A DNA stretch of 61,935 nt, filler included, from Sphacelaria rigidula (lineage: Eukaryota): assembly GCA_964200075.2 (NCBI GenBank). It is 11 parts of 11 records of this genome, joined end to end, with 100 filler letters (N's around TTAATTAATTAA, not from the genome) between each part and the next. Parts side by side here need not be neighbours in the genome. Positions count along the whole stretch, not along the records: positions 1 to 5,540 come from CAXNAA020026504.1; positions 5,641 to 11,180 come from CAXNAA020026505.1; positions 11,281 to 16,820 come from CAXNAA020026506.1; 8 more parts are not named here. The stretch is one strand, 5' to 3'. A program made the position numbers and the translations under genes. Under the pieces are notes generated by a model. It had not been told where the DNA came from. It searched no databases and saw nothing but the letters and a program-made list of their open reading frames with translations. Positions 1-11,899 of this stretch are shown here, piece after piece (within the stretch, counting starts at the first letter, position 1; each line of letters opens with the position of its first letter).

Positions 1-62
1 AGGGATGCGTGGTCAATGGTCAAATGACTAAGGCAAGCAACAAATGAGTACGCCCCCCCTCC
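1..62 (+). mobile_element. 3' end of LINE family A ending in a C-run; short copies also at 1020-1094(-), 5451-5540(-), 19335-19550(+), 51946-52020(-), 61514-61588(-)
   Basis: GGGATGCGTGGTCAATGGTCAAATGACTAAGGCAAGCAACAAATGAGTACG(C)n matches the terminus of the RT-encoding element at 52212-56270. Confidence 0.85.
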
Positions 63-66
63 TTAA

Positions 67-205
67 CCCTTTGGGAACTGGACCCCCAGGGGGTGTTGAT
101 TTTTGTTCTTGTGAAACGGCATCATTTTCAGTCATTTTCAAGTCAAGATAATGCCGATTCACAAAGATCCACAAAACAAAAATCAGCAATTTAGTTTCCA
201 AAGGG
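67..205. mobile_element. piggyBac-type MITE
   Basis: TTAA on both sides (63-66, 206-209); TIR CCCTTTGGGAACT / AGTTTCCAAAGGG (12/13); further internal inverted repeats. Confidence 0.85.
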
Positions 206-330
206 TTAATGAACCTCTTGGAGGTGTTGTAGAGACTAACTTTTTACGCCAGGTGGCGGTTGGAAGTTTGCCTTTTCGTTGACATTTCTTTTACGTGCCT
301 TGGGTGATCCAACCAACAATCGCCGCAGAA

Positions 331-585
331 GAGCAGTGCTACGGTCGGAGTGCACTTTTTGCGCAAAATCTTGTCTGGTTCAGGGGCTCCTAACGATTCT
401 AGATGCACAAGAATACGGGTCAGGGCATCCCCGTTTGCGAATTCATTCGGGGTATCCCTGGCACATTGGAAGAGTAATACTGGCATACTCTCACTTGTTT
501 CACAAGTCTTTTTTTGGATGAGATCAAGGGTTCCTAACAACTCTAACCTCAAAAAGTATTTGTGAACCCCTACCTTAGCGCACTT
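331..585. mobile_element. ~255-bp MITE (Harbinger/Tourist-like termini), degenerate copy
   Basis: Aligns end to end with the copies at 6014-6270 and 18990-19243. Confidence 0.75.
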
Positions 586-654
586 GGGAGAGTTTCCGTG
601 AGTTTTGAACTACTTCAGAGGGTATCCACCATGAGTTGGCCCCCGCCATTTTGT

Positions 655-725
655 TGGAGTCCAGGATTTGAACCCGGAACCTTCTGTTCGTGAAGCGTAC
701 GAGCTATCTCTTGGTGCTGCCAGCG
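655..725 (-). mobile_element. tRNA-derived SINE head fragment
   Basis: Minus strand has B-box GGTTCAAATCC preceded by a tRNA-like stretch; no intact cloverleaf. Confidence 0.45.
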
Positions 726-850
726 TGAAAAGGTGATTCCTTGACACAGACACTTGTGGGAATTTGTCCCTTCTATGTGATGGTTCCCACACAAGGACGT
801 GAATAAACGGAGACACTAGCTGAATAGTTGAGATATATATTTGACCATGC

Positions 851-1000
851 CGCGCGTCGAGTTGGAAAGCTGGGTGCCACTCCCTGAAGTCCGAATGACC
901 ACCTGCGGCACCAGGTCTTCTGAGGTTAGCCATATGCATTCTCCTTCTTTTTTATTCATCCCTGTTTTGCTTTTATCGCGTTTTGTGAGTTTTAATCTAG
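851..1000 (+). repeat. Dispersed repeat, probably the 3' end of the RTE-like LINE at 40085-40892
   Basis: High similarity to 40740-40892 (GCGCGTCGAGTTGGAAAGC...GTGAGTTTTAATCTA). Confidence 0.75.
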
Positions 1001-1098
1001 GTCTTTTTCTTCTTTTTTTGGGGGGGGGCGTACTCATTTGTTGCTTGCCTTAGTCATTTGACCATTGACCACGCATCCCTTTCGAGACGGAGCATTAT

Positions 1099-1194
1099 CT
1101 AGCCTGTGACCACGGAAGGCGTCGGCATCAGATGCCCAGTACGTATCTACCGCGCAGATATCGGAATGGTTTTTAATGTGAAGACAACAACAAT
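1099..1194 (+). repeat. Retroposon 3' end with (CAA)n tail; second copy 41512-41636
   Basis: Both copies read TAGCCTGTGACCA.GGAAGGCGTC.GCATCAGATGC...AAGACAACAACAA. Confidence 0.7.
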
Positions 1195-1505
1195 GCCACG
1201 TATGGGCAATGACGACGCGACAGCGCAGCAAGTAAGGCACGCAAAAAAGCGCGTACGATCTCTCCCTCCCCAGCCTAGCTTCACCCATAAACCCATGCCC
1301 ATGTCGCCAGAAAACGAGGAAAACACTGCAAACAAAACACTCGTTGAATCACCGCCGGCGTGCCCAATCAAACACTTTACCTCACATGTCGGCTACGATA
1401 TTGTAGTCAAATCACAATGGCTGTGTCCCAAATAGAGTTTTTGCCCCACGCGCATGTATGACCGACGGACGACTCTCTTCGCAAGATTTCGAAATATGCT
1501 TGCGG

Positions 1506-1900
1506 TAGGGCAGGGTACAACGTGGGGTATCTGAGACACTGGGGTTTCTCGGAAGCCCGTACCTTGGATACCCGGAATAATGAGTACAAGTGCAAAGTAC
1601 TCCGGGCATTACAACGGGTAGTTCAGGGGGCGGGTGCCCAAGGTAAACGGTTCAGTCAACGCTTGTACCCAGTACTCCGCGTTGTCCCACGGGGTATTTC
1701 GGCGAGCCGGTACTCGAAGTATCATGCCGTACTCCGAAATTTTCACGGCCGATAACCGGACAATGGAAGACTCCCTGAGTACCCGGTACCCGGAGTACTT
1801 GGTAGCTGCACTCAATCTTCCGGGTACCACATCGAGTAATTCGATGATCGGGTAACCAATGTGCCCGGGGGTACTCCGTACTTTGGCAGCACACACCCTA
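1506..1900. repeat. GGTAC/GTACC motif-rich low-complexity element
   Basis: Many GTAC-centred motifs (e.g. GAGTACCCGGTACCCGGAGTAC) in both orientations. Confidence 0.6.
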
Positions 1901-1901
1901 C

Positions 1902-2046
1902 GAGTAGCGCCATGGTAGGGGTGCACATTTTTTCTTCCGAGGCTCTTCACCTTGGGAGCCCCCTCGGTGAGAAACGACTGGGCCCAAGCGTACAACCTGA
2001 GACAAGTCTCGGCGTAAAAAGTGCACCCCTACCGCGGCACAACTTC
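1902..2046. mobile_element. Short MITE sharing the TIR core of the 255-bp family
   Basis: GGTAGGGGTGCAC ... GTGCACCCCTACC perfect 13-bp inverted core; TAC flanks both ends; internal sequence differs. Confidence 0.7.
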
Positions 2047-2325
2047 TACCCTAACCACCTGTGCGATATTCCTAACCCGGTCATACTTGTAGGGGATCCA
2101 ACAGCACAACGGCGAGCGGATCAAACCAACTGTTCTCATGAAGCCTTATGATGTCCGACCAAGCAAAACCCCCTCCATAGATGTACAAGTATTCACAAAA
2201 TAGCTATCACCCCCCCCCCCCCTCCGGCGTCTTCGAGCAGAACCTTAGACGTTGCCTGCCCGAATCCCACGTCAGGGGTAGGTACGAAACTATTATTATC
2301 AGGGACCAAATCTATGTCTCTTGTC

Positions 2326-2690
2326 TGGGGATGGGGTATACTCATGATTCTGCATGCCGTAGTCATAAAACCATTGACCTCACATCCCTCACAAAACCAG
2401 GATAGAGCACGCCGGGTTCGCCGAACCAGGCTCGTAATCACCAAGGGCGAAGCGCCATGCAGTGTTCGGCGAGTCAGATGAAGGGTGAGCTTCATCCTGC
2501 TAAAAGATTGTTCGGCCCGAGGCGTATTGATCATCTTGCATATGGGAAACAGCCCCGAATGAGCTGCTTCATTTTCTGCTATCGCCACTTCTACAAACAG
2601 CCACGGGTTACACTGCCTTATGAGTGTATCCCCATTTAAACACTCCGTAGTACGGCCATCCCCTTTCCGTGGAGTTGCGGCTCTCCACCC
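2326..2690 (-). mobile_element. 3' end of a sister LINE family; further copies 2893-2990, 50760-50830, 52037-52098
   Basis: Shared ACAAAGCCGGGACGGAGCACGCCGGGTT block; encodes CEGCEVNG, similar to KGCVVNG of family A; ends ATGAGTA followed by a C-rich tract. Confidence 0.6.
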
Positions 2691-3444
2691 CGCGAAATAT
2701 CATCTAACTCGACCACCATAATGGATACCGCAAATAAAACGCGAGCCAAAAAAGATCCGGTAACCTGGTTGGCTAGCCTACGCGATGAGCGGCGTATTTT
2801 ACAGCGTCATTGTCAATTAGCACAAACCCTCAAACGCTCAAAGGCGTCTCGTGTATGTGTGTGGGTGTTTGTGCGTGTGTGTGTGTGTGTGTGGGATACT
2901 CATGATCTTCATCTCACAGTCATATGACCGTTGACCCTGCATGCCTACAAAGCCGGGACGGAGCACGCCGGGTTTTCGCCGGACCAGACGTGTGGGGGGG
3001 GGGAGGGGGGATCGATGAAGTCACGGGTGATGGTGTGAAGTGCAGGTCATACTCAATGAGGTCTGTGGTTCATCATACTATACACGGCGATTTTTCCAGC
3101 GTCCATCCAGTGTAAACCAACGCAAAACCGCATATCTACAGTGAGAGTACCCCCACAGTGCTGTCAACGTCGCTCTTTACAGGTCCAATCCGCTGTACAT
3201 ATATCAAGTAGTACTGCACTACACGGCAGTATGGTTTCGGGTCCCAACATGGTGCTGCATGCCGGGTCGGCGACCCACCGCACACAAGTGGGACCGCCAC
3301 TATCCCTCAATATTCTTGGGCACAGCAGTCGTAAGGAACAAAAAAACATCAGAGCCGAGACTATTTTGAACAGTCGAAAAACGCCGTGATGTGATACCGA
3401 TGAGATTCCTTCCGTGACGATCTACGAGTGTGTGTGTACACATA

Positions 3445-4040
3445 CTTCCTCCGTCCCGCAAGTATGGGAAATTATGGGCGTTGGATCGTATGGGTATGCC
3501 AACGTTGCCGATCATCCCATAATTGGGTTCGTTCGGAAGATAAAGCGCAAACGAAGCTGATGAAAAGAAAAAGAGGTTCTTCATCAATACTGAAATGATA
3601 TCAAGATATGCCCATTTTTACCCTTTTTTATCCATTTATACCCCATCATTGACCGATTTTTGACGTTTTCACGTCGAGCATTAGCAATTACGTGCTAACA
3701 AAATGTTGGATGGGGCGTGCGTAGGTTAACATCACGGACATGTCCAAAATCAACGGTGGTTTCGCGATTTTCACATTTTCTGGCCTATTTTTCGCGATTT
3801 TTGGTGTTCGCGGGTCTCTCATGCTTTCCTGGGAAAACGAGCAAAAAATGGCCGTTTTCGGACCGACCTACTTTTGCTCGGCCGCGCGGCTGCATGGGTC
3901 AAGCACCCACGTTGTAGAAAGAGTGTTGATTTTAGCTAAAAAAAAACGCCGACGAATGCAATGAAAAGAAAAAAAATCGAATCGGACACGGTTAGGGGGT
4001 CGCACGAACATAACTTCCCAGACTTATGGGACAGAGGAAA
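3445..4040. mobile_element. Stowaway-like (Tc1/mariner) MITE, ~596 bp
   Basis: TA|CTTCCTCCGTCCCGCAAGTATGGGAAATTATG ... CATAACTTCCCAGACTTATGGGACAGAGGAAA|TA; ~30-bp TIR and TA TSD. Confidence 0.8.
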
Positions 4041-4368
4041 TATATATATAGATATATAGATATATCACCCTGGACAAGGAAAAATATATACATTGACAAA
4101 AATTGTACTGCGTACAGTATCGACTATTGCGTCTATTGCAATAGACCATCGATTATATACTGTACACAGTTCATTATTCAACAAAGTAACCTATTGTCCA
4201 GGGTTTTATATATACATATATATATGCTGTACAGTCATCGTAGCGGCAGTTAGCCCCCTTCCTCTTCTAGAGAAATGCCTCCCACTTCCGTCTTGCAAGT
4301 TTTTCCTCAAAACCAAACCACGCAAAATTAGAAACGCCCAACAGGATTCCATCTCGACGAACACTCAC

Positions 4369-4512
4369 TAGCCCCTTGTAGCCGTTGTCGTTCCAAGCGC
4401 TCAGCACGAGAGTCGTTGGGTCTTGTTCCAAGATGGGAGCGTTGTATTCAAAATACTCCAAAAAGTCTGGCGAGAATAGCAGGTCATCCTCCACGATGAT
4501 GACACCCGGAGC
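4369..4512 (-). CDS. MGAT1: Internal exon of a GT13 glycosyltransferase (GnT-I / alpha-1,3-mannosyl-glycoprotein beta-1,2-GlcNAc transferase-like)
   Basis: AG acceptor, 48 codons APGVIIVEDDLLFSPDFLEYF...DPTTLVLSAWNDNGYKGL, GTGAGT donor. EDD and SAWNDNG are GT13 hallmark motifs; the call is family level and orthology is untested. Confidence 0.85.
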
Positions 4513-4972
4513 CTTGAATGGGAATAGCATAGCAGCAACAACAAAAAAAGTAAGAATATAATATACTTCTCGACTTGTTCTGGATGTCCTTCTTGTGAAT
4601 TTTTTCGGTATTATTGTCATGTTTCTTTCCAGGGAGCGGAGGGAAGGGGGCGGGGGGGGGTGAGGTCCGGATGTGTTTTCTCGATACCTTCTATTTACTC
4701 TCGCAATATATGAGGAAGTATGTACGGATGTTTGGCATTCATATTTTCCTGAAAAAACGTACATGCCAAATTGAAAAAAAAAAAATACAAGCAAAAAAAA
4801 AGAGGATGAAGCATAAAACGAAACGGAACGATAACGGAACAAACCTTCAAAAACTTCGAGCTGACAAACAATCGGCGATACCCATCAACCAATGAAATCG
4901 GCATCTATCGAACAATGAATTCGTCGAACTTGACAAGTATTTTATGCCGCACTCGATGAAAAAATATGGTGT

Positions 4973-4973
<1 letters not shown>

Positions 4974-5006
<33 letters not shown>

Positions 5007-5007
5007 C
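4974..5007 (+). repeat. (CAA)n microsatellite
   Basis: About 11 CAA units. Confidence 0.95.
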
Positions 5008-5540
5008 GAAAATAACGTGTAATGCAACGCTATCCTCGTTCAACGAAAACAAATGGACAGAGAGGGAGGAAAAGTAAACAAAAAGCGAACTTCTTCTGTC
5101 AAGTTATGGTTTCAAGTACCGACGGAAATAAAATGCAGGCTACACTGAAGACCACTAAAGAACATTTTATTTGGAGTGAGACTTGGGTTCTTGTTTCCTT
5201 TGTATGCCACCAACAGCCTCAGGGAACAGGTTCTAGTGAGAAGTTCTTATTCAGGCATCACAACTTGTGCTTAACTTCTTACGTGCTTCGAAACCTTTGA
5301 GGCTCAACTTCTCAGCTGCCAGATTCCCAAGTGGTGGCACTACCTGTAACCCCGAAATATAGGAGCCACTCCAACGTGCGTACAAAAAAAAGGGAGCAAG
5401 CAGTACGACCTACATACAGTGCCTCTTGCAGGAGCCGAAAGAAAAAAAGCGGGAGGGGGGGGAAGGGGGGGGGGGGGCGGACTGTTTTGTTGCTTGCCTG
5501 TGTCATTTGACCATTGACAACGCATCCCCTTAGGGACGGA

Positions 5541-5640
5541 NNNNNNNNNNNNNNNNNNNNNNNNNNNNNNNNNNNNNNNNNNNNTTAATTAATTAANNNN
5601 NNNNNNNNNNNNNNNNNNNNNNNNNNNNNNNNNNNNNNNN
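5541..5640. other. Artificial contig linker (44N-TTAATTAATTAA-44N); identical linkers at 11181-11280, 16821-16920, 22461-22560, 28101-28200, 33741-33840, 39380-39479, 45019-45118, 50658-50757, 56297-56396
   Basis: The same 100-bp cassette, with stops in all six frames, recurs ten times and separates segments of exactly 5540 or 5539 bp. Confidence 0.98.
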
Positions 5641-5708
5641 TGGGTTGATCCCTTGAGACCACGGACTCATCCCGAGGAAGGGGAGGGGTTCCAAGCGTGA
5701 GGAAAAAA
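5641..5708 (+). repeat. ~70-bp A-tailed dispersed repeat; second copy 22307-22381
   Basis: GGGT.GATCCCTTGAGACCACGGACTC...GTGA followed by an A-run in both copies. Confidence 0.7.
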
Positions 5709-6013
5709 AGAAATAATATGAAAAAAATAATGATCACTTTTGAACATGAAACGAGATGAAAAAATGCGCATACAAAAAAAAATGTGCATAAAAAGCAAAA
5801 GCGTAGGTGTTTAGTACTGTCCAAGTACCTATGGAGGCAGATGTCTCGTCGCATTGGTTTGGCGGTGCGGATATGCCGTTTAGTGGCCAGCTGAGCGGCT
5901 CCACGAGGGTGAGGCAGTTTTCAATATACTGTGGTATGTTGGATGAGGTAAGCCTCTTGTATTCCTGTTCACACAGACACGCGGCGGAGTTCTCTTTGTG
6001 CGGTTTGTGGGTA

Positions 6014-6270
6014 GAGTGATGCTACGGTAGAGGTGCACAAATATTTTCCGAGGTTATGATTGTTAGGAGCCCTTTATCTCATGCAAAACACGACCTATAA
6101 AAATATGTGAAAGTACGCCAGGATTACTACTCCAATGTGCTCGAAATATACCGAATGAATTTGCAAACGGGGATGCCCTGACCCATATTTTTGTGTATCT
6201 AGAATCGTTAGGAACCGCTGAACTAGATATTATTTCGCGAAAAAAGTGCACCCATACCGTAGCATTGCTC
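6014..6270. mobile_element. ~255-bp MITE (Harbinger/Tourist-like), inverted copy
   Basis: TIR GAGTGATGCTACGGTAGAGGTGCAC / GTGCACCCATACCGTAGCATTGCTC; GTA lies near both ends. Confidence 0.85.
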
Positions 6271-7642
6271 GGTACTGACTGTAGGAGATGGTGATTGCTG
6301 CTGTTGGCGTCAAAATGAGCAGTAACTACGAAATGCGTAGGCTCGTTTGTGCGCAAGGAAAACACGAGTGTTTATTGTGGTTGAAGATGAGTGATCTTTG
6401 GCTATGGAACGTCCTTTGAGGGAATATTTTATTTCGGTCTGGAAGGATGATGTGGCCGGAGTGCCCGTTTGTCTAAGGAAGCGATGCAGGTGAGCTGGAC
6501 CTCTGTTGGGACATGAACTGCATTTTACACCGCGGTTAATCGACTGATGGGATATGACGGTCCTGAATCCAAGTTGGGATATTCTATCTGAGTGCTTTCT
6601 GGGGTGTACCCACGTGGTAAATGGAGTTTGAGAAAGATAGCACTACGGGTGATCAATGATGGTAGAGGTCGAGGTCCGTTTGCTGTTGTTGGGTTGGGAT
6701 ACATAGCTTGAAAAGCGGCTTGAGTCATGGCTTTGTTTTCAGTATGATCATGAGTTGAGTGGTGCAATAAAGCTTTGAAGTTTTCACAAAGAAGAGGTGC
6801 GCGTGCGATGCATACGTTTTCACGGAGTTGAACAAGCAAGATACCAGCTGCGTTCTAGACGTGTTGGATACTTACCACTGCTTTTTACCGAAATGTCCCG
6901 CCTACCGGGCATGGACCGTCAACGATGGTTTCGTAGCCTAAAACACATGTACATATCCGAGAAGATGGGGCACTTTACTCAGTCGTGTCAATTGCCTGCG
7001 ACTCAATCAACTTGGTTGGTGACGTGTATCCCTGCGGCAATCAAGTCAAACATTCCGGCGAAGAAAAATTATCGAGTGCACAGGGGGTAGACACACCGAT
7101 CGCTGAATAGCTCGTGGTGTTTGATGAGGTAGACTGTTCTGAGCTTCCATAGCTTTGCACTGTGGCTGCAACTCGACTGTAGTTTACTGTACTGTAGTCC
7201 AGAGTTATTCAAAATAAAAGAACACTCCTCCGTTAGTCTAAGCAGTACAGTGTTTCATCCAACCCTGCGTAGAGTAGTCCACCTACAGTACACATGTAAC
7301 ATGTAGATATACGGGGGATCCTGGATTTGGTTGAAGGATGACTATTGGATGCGTGACATATCGTGTTCGTGAGGAAAGCCCATGAAGCGTACTTCCGGTT
7401 TTATGAAGGCAACTGTTTGTATAACTTCTTTGTCATGAAGTCTCTGAAGCCCTGCTGGGGAGGAACCCTTTGGAGCAAGCACTTAGACCTTGCTCTGATT
7501 CCAGACAAGTCTACAGTAAACGTTTACTCAAGAAACTTGTGGTTTCTGAACGACGTCGCTGAACCCTAAAAAAGCGAGGACGCACGTTGAATAACAGGGG
7601 GGTAGATACGACGGAGCACGGAGTGCAGGAAGCGTTTGAAAG

Positions 7643-10600
7643 ATGGCGCGAACGAAAGTGAGCAAAGAGCCTAACTCTGACAAGAACGGGGACGAATAAG
7701 AGGTGAAGTTCAATGTAACGGATTCGATTGCCGGGGGATCGCTCAAGACGCCTGAGTATGGGCGCTTCTTCAGTGAGGAAGCATCGCGACGGGTGAACGA
7801 AGCATCGCGACGGTTTCTGCGGAAATATCAGGAGTATGAACAAGCCGTTCTACGACGGAACAAGACTCGAACTGTAAAGAGCACATTGTTTATAGTGCCT
7901 TGGCATGTACAAGGTTGTTTGTCAGACACTATTTTTGATGGCACTGAGCTCTCTAACGCCCGGATTAGGGAAGGGATCACACGGCAAGCGAAATGCTAGG
8001 TAGGAATGGAAATGGATCCAACTTAGGCCGCAGTCGGTGTGAAAAAGGCACTTGCTGCACGATCCGATTCAATTGCCATGCGTCGAGTGGAAGGACAGTG
8101 GAGTGCCTTACAAGAATATTTCAAGGAAAATGAGGATGCCGAGCGTGTTTTCCGCGAAATGGACCCAGTTGGAAAACGTGTTTCCTGGAGTATCAATTGT
8201 CACATCAATCGCACGTGGACACCCGGTAAAGCTGGCTGACGGTAATGTGAAAACTATGCACTCGAAAACGTGCCTGGTTCGTACGACACTCGACACGTGC
8301 TGGGGGCCAGTGATGCTTGAGCCCTGCCGGTATGCGATTATGCCTGGCTCTGATGATGTGGTTATTATCGGGAGCAAAACTCTGGCGAAAATCGGCATCA
8401 ACATCGACAATGATCTGGGCGCATGCGCATAAGCCGAACACCCTTCTTTGCGGGGGGTATCGAGACGCCTGAGTTCCGCGAGTGCAGGCGTGTGAGTCTC
8501 GCGGTGGAGGAGCTCCAGGAGACGGCCGGTCACGAGGTACCGGTGGATTCATCTGTCGAGCGATTGGTGTCACGGGGTCTAAATATGTTTATGCCACCAG
8601 AGCAAGAGCTTGTTGAGCGCAACGTGGCGCTTGAAGAGGCGGTGCAAGCTGCGGCGGATAATGGCATGTCGGAGAACGGGGTGAGCCAGCTGCGAGAAAT
8701 TGTCGGCCGTCGGACCAATGCTTTTCGACGAGCGTTGCGAGGTGACCCGCCTGCTCGCGTGGGGCTTTTGCAGGTACGATTCAAGCCGGGGACTAAAGCA
8801 GTCAAGGCGAGCCCGAGAAGATACTCTCCAGTGAAGAAGAACTGGTTGGCAGGGTGCACGGCTACGCTGGTGTTGCTGGGGTTGATATTTCGCAATATCG
8901 AGGCGGTGTGAGCAAGCGCAGCTGGCTGCGCCCAAGAAGGGCAGCTATCGTCTGGTGAATGATTACAGAGCAGTCAACCGGCAACTCGAGAAGATCCCCA
9001 GTGTTATGCCAAATCATGAGACGGAAATGGCCGACTTGTTGGGTGCATCGTGTTTTGGGGAGCTTGACATGCTACAGGGGTACTGGCAGATGCCGCTAGC
9101 GGCTGAAGCCCAGGAAAGTTTCGCAATTGCGACTCCCGACGGACTTTTCACCCCCACGAGGGTGTCGCAAGGCGTGCTCGACGCTACCGGATATTTTCGA
9201 CAGATAAAATGGGACTGTTGACTGGACTAGACTGCGAGGTATGGGTAGATAATACTTTGTGGTGGGGGATAGATGAGGACTACTTGCTGCGCACGCTAGA
9301 TGTGATCGGCCGATTGGAGGACGTTGGCCTGTTCGCTGCTGCGCACAAGTGCATGTTTTAGGATATCAAGATCACGTGGTGTGGGAAGGTTTTTTTAGGT
9401 GGACAGGTTGCGCATGATCGCGACCGACTGACCGGATTAGACTTCAGGTGGAGCCGCTGCGGGAGCTATTGGAGAAACATCTGCAGGGAAACGCCCGCCG
9501 CACTGAGCGAGTGGCGTCCAATAGTATAATCGAAGATTCGGCGTGTACATTTCAGCGGGGTCAGGCGTGGCATGTTGCGCAAGGTTTGGTGGCGTATGCT
9601 GTCGCTTTGTCGTATCCGAAGGAGGGGTATGAGGTGCTGATGTTTCCAGATGTATCGAATAAACATTGGGGCAGTTTTTTGACGCAGGTGCCGGCCGCTG
9701 AGTTGGATGGGCCACGCTGGTGGTGGAAGACATGAGTCACGAGCCAATGGGATTTCTCAGTGGAACTTTTCGTGGGGCACAAGTTCGATGGGCTACGGTG
9801 GATAAGAAAGGCTACGCCATTGTGAGTACATTCCAAAGAATAGAGTATTTGCTGTGGGGCAGAGCGCAAATTTTCAGTGACCATCGTAATTTGGCATACA
9901 CTTTTATTCCTGAGGCGTGCATGGCATCGTTGTCGAAGACTGCTGCTGCCCAGGGGCTCGAGTAATGGAAGGCTGTGCTCGGGCAATATGATAACACTAT
10001 CAGGCATATTTCTCGGGAGCGCAACTGCTGGGGAGACTCGCTGTCAAGGTGGATAAATGTTCCGGCGGTGTCTGTTCGTGCTCTGGCGATATTCGCGAGT
10101 GTTGAGCCGGATGACACACTACCGACAAAGGACGACATTCGAGCAGCTCAAGAGCAGGCTCGCGCAGGTTCGGGGTGATGGTTAATTGAGCTACCTCGTT
10201 TACTGCCGCTATTGGGCGAGTTTCGAACGACGGTGAGGGCTTGTTTCGCGTGCACGTCGCAGATAAGCATCTGTTGTGGATCCCGCCGCAAGGGAAAGAA
10301 TTGCAAACACGTTTGATGGTGTGTACCCACATGAAGGGGGCAGGCCACCGCGGGGTTGTGGCCACATAGCAACGATTACAGGAATACTGCTGTTGGTACC
10401 AGATGGAAGCTCACGTTACCGATTTCGTGAAAAAATGCTTACACTGCATGGATTCGAAAGCTGGGGAGACGGTCCCGCAACCCGTAGGGGAGGCCGCTCA
10501 TGGTACACGGCCCGGTGAGGTGATGCACTTTGACTATCTCTACATTGGTGAGAGTGGCCTCTTGGGCAAGTGCGGGTTGGATGAAGGCGATGGATACAAG

Positions 10601-11180
10601 TACATTTCAGTGATGATGGAAGATCTGAGCAATTTCGTGTCGTTGGAACCCCCGGAACCTTGCACTGCTGCCTTGACGGTGCAGCATTTATTGACGTGGT
10701 GCAAAACTTTGGGCCCACCGGAGATTTGGGTCAGTGATACCGCGTCGCATTTCAAAACCGTGTGACGCGAGCGCCGGAAAAGGCGCTCAAACGAGACAGG
10801 AGGTTCGCGGTCGCCAACTCGCCGCGATCCAACGGGACTTGCGAACGGATGGTGAGAAAAGTTGTCTGTAGTCTGAAGGCAATGCTTCAGGAGGAGCGGC
10901 GCGATGTTCGTGACTGGGTGGGACTGGTGCCCGGGGTGCAGTGGGCGTTGAATTCGGCATTCCGCAAGCGATATGCCAGTACCCCATACGATGTAATGTT
11001 TGGACGAGCGCCGCGCACGTGTTTTTCAACACTGGCCTCGTCGACGGGCGGCGATTTGCGACTTGATGTGCTAGATGAAAACAGGCTGCGGCAGAAGGTG
11101 GCGTCAGTTTTTGAGGCGCAACAAAAATCTACACGAAAAAAGGGCACCCGCACTACGAAAGATCCGTATGAGACCGATTG
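7643..11180 (+). mobile_element. Degenerate Ty3/gypsy LTR retrotransposon internal region (gag-PR-RT-RNaseH-IN)
   Basis: RT motifs NDYRAVN, LDMLQGYWQ, QGVLDATGYF, VWVDN; RNase H FPDVS and FSDHRNL; integrase HCMDSK, HFDYLYI, VSDTASHF, SNGTCER. Gypsy domain order; many stops and frameshifts. Confidence 0.93.
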
Positions 11181-11899
11181 NNNNNNNNNNNNNNNNNNNN
11201 NNNNNNNNNNNNNNNNNNNNNNNNTTAATTAATTAANNNNNNNNNNNNNNNNNNNNNNNNNNNNNNNNNNNNNNNNNNNNGACCAACTCTGAACAGACCT
11301 GCAGTCTTAGGTCTTAGGATACCCTAAATGAGATTAGCCAGACACATCAACGGGTCTGAAGCGGCATGGCACCATACTAATATGCGTCTTCATGACACTA
11401 ACCCACCCAGACGAACCTTTATTACAGCTGCGAGGATTTATCCCCACAGCAGCGATAACTAAGGTTTTTCTTTACTCGTAAAGACATGAGCGGCTAATAA
11501 AGCATACCTGGGGAAACGCTCCCATACCCAACAGATTTATCCTAAAAGCATTGTAAGGAAACACTCCCGTACCCAACATTCCCGTACCCACTCCCACACC
11601 TCAAAAGAAGGAAAGCATATCCTGCTTCGAGGAGCAGAAAAACTGCTTCGAAACGCGGCAAACTGCTTCTGCGTGCTAGCGATCAACGAAGAAGCATAAA
11701 TTGCTTCGGCATCCTAGCTAAACGAAGGGGGGAAACAGAGAGGTACGACAGGGAGCAGAGCTTCAACCTGGGGAAATCCAAAGAGAACAAATTGCAAGGT
11801 CCGTATGCGACCACGCATGCTGGTAGGGAGCAAAACCTGAAAATCGGTGATCCAACGAAATTTAGCGCCAGCCTAAAGGGGATACTATAGCTCCAGCAG

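Noticed and set aside
5585..5596. TTAATTAATTAA as a recurring biological motif
   Set aside because: Always centred in fixed N padding; an assembly linker.
7100..7305. 5' LTR and PBS of the contig-2 gypsy element
   Set aside because: AATAAA and TG/CA candidates exist, but there is no second LTR and no convincing PBS.
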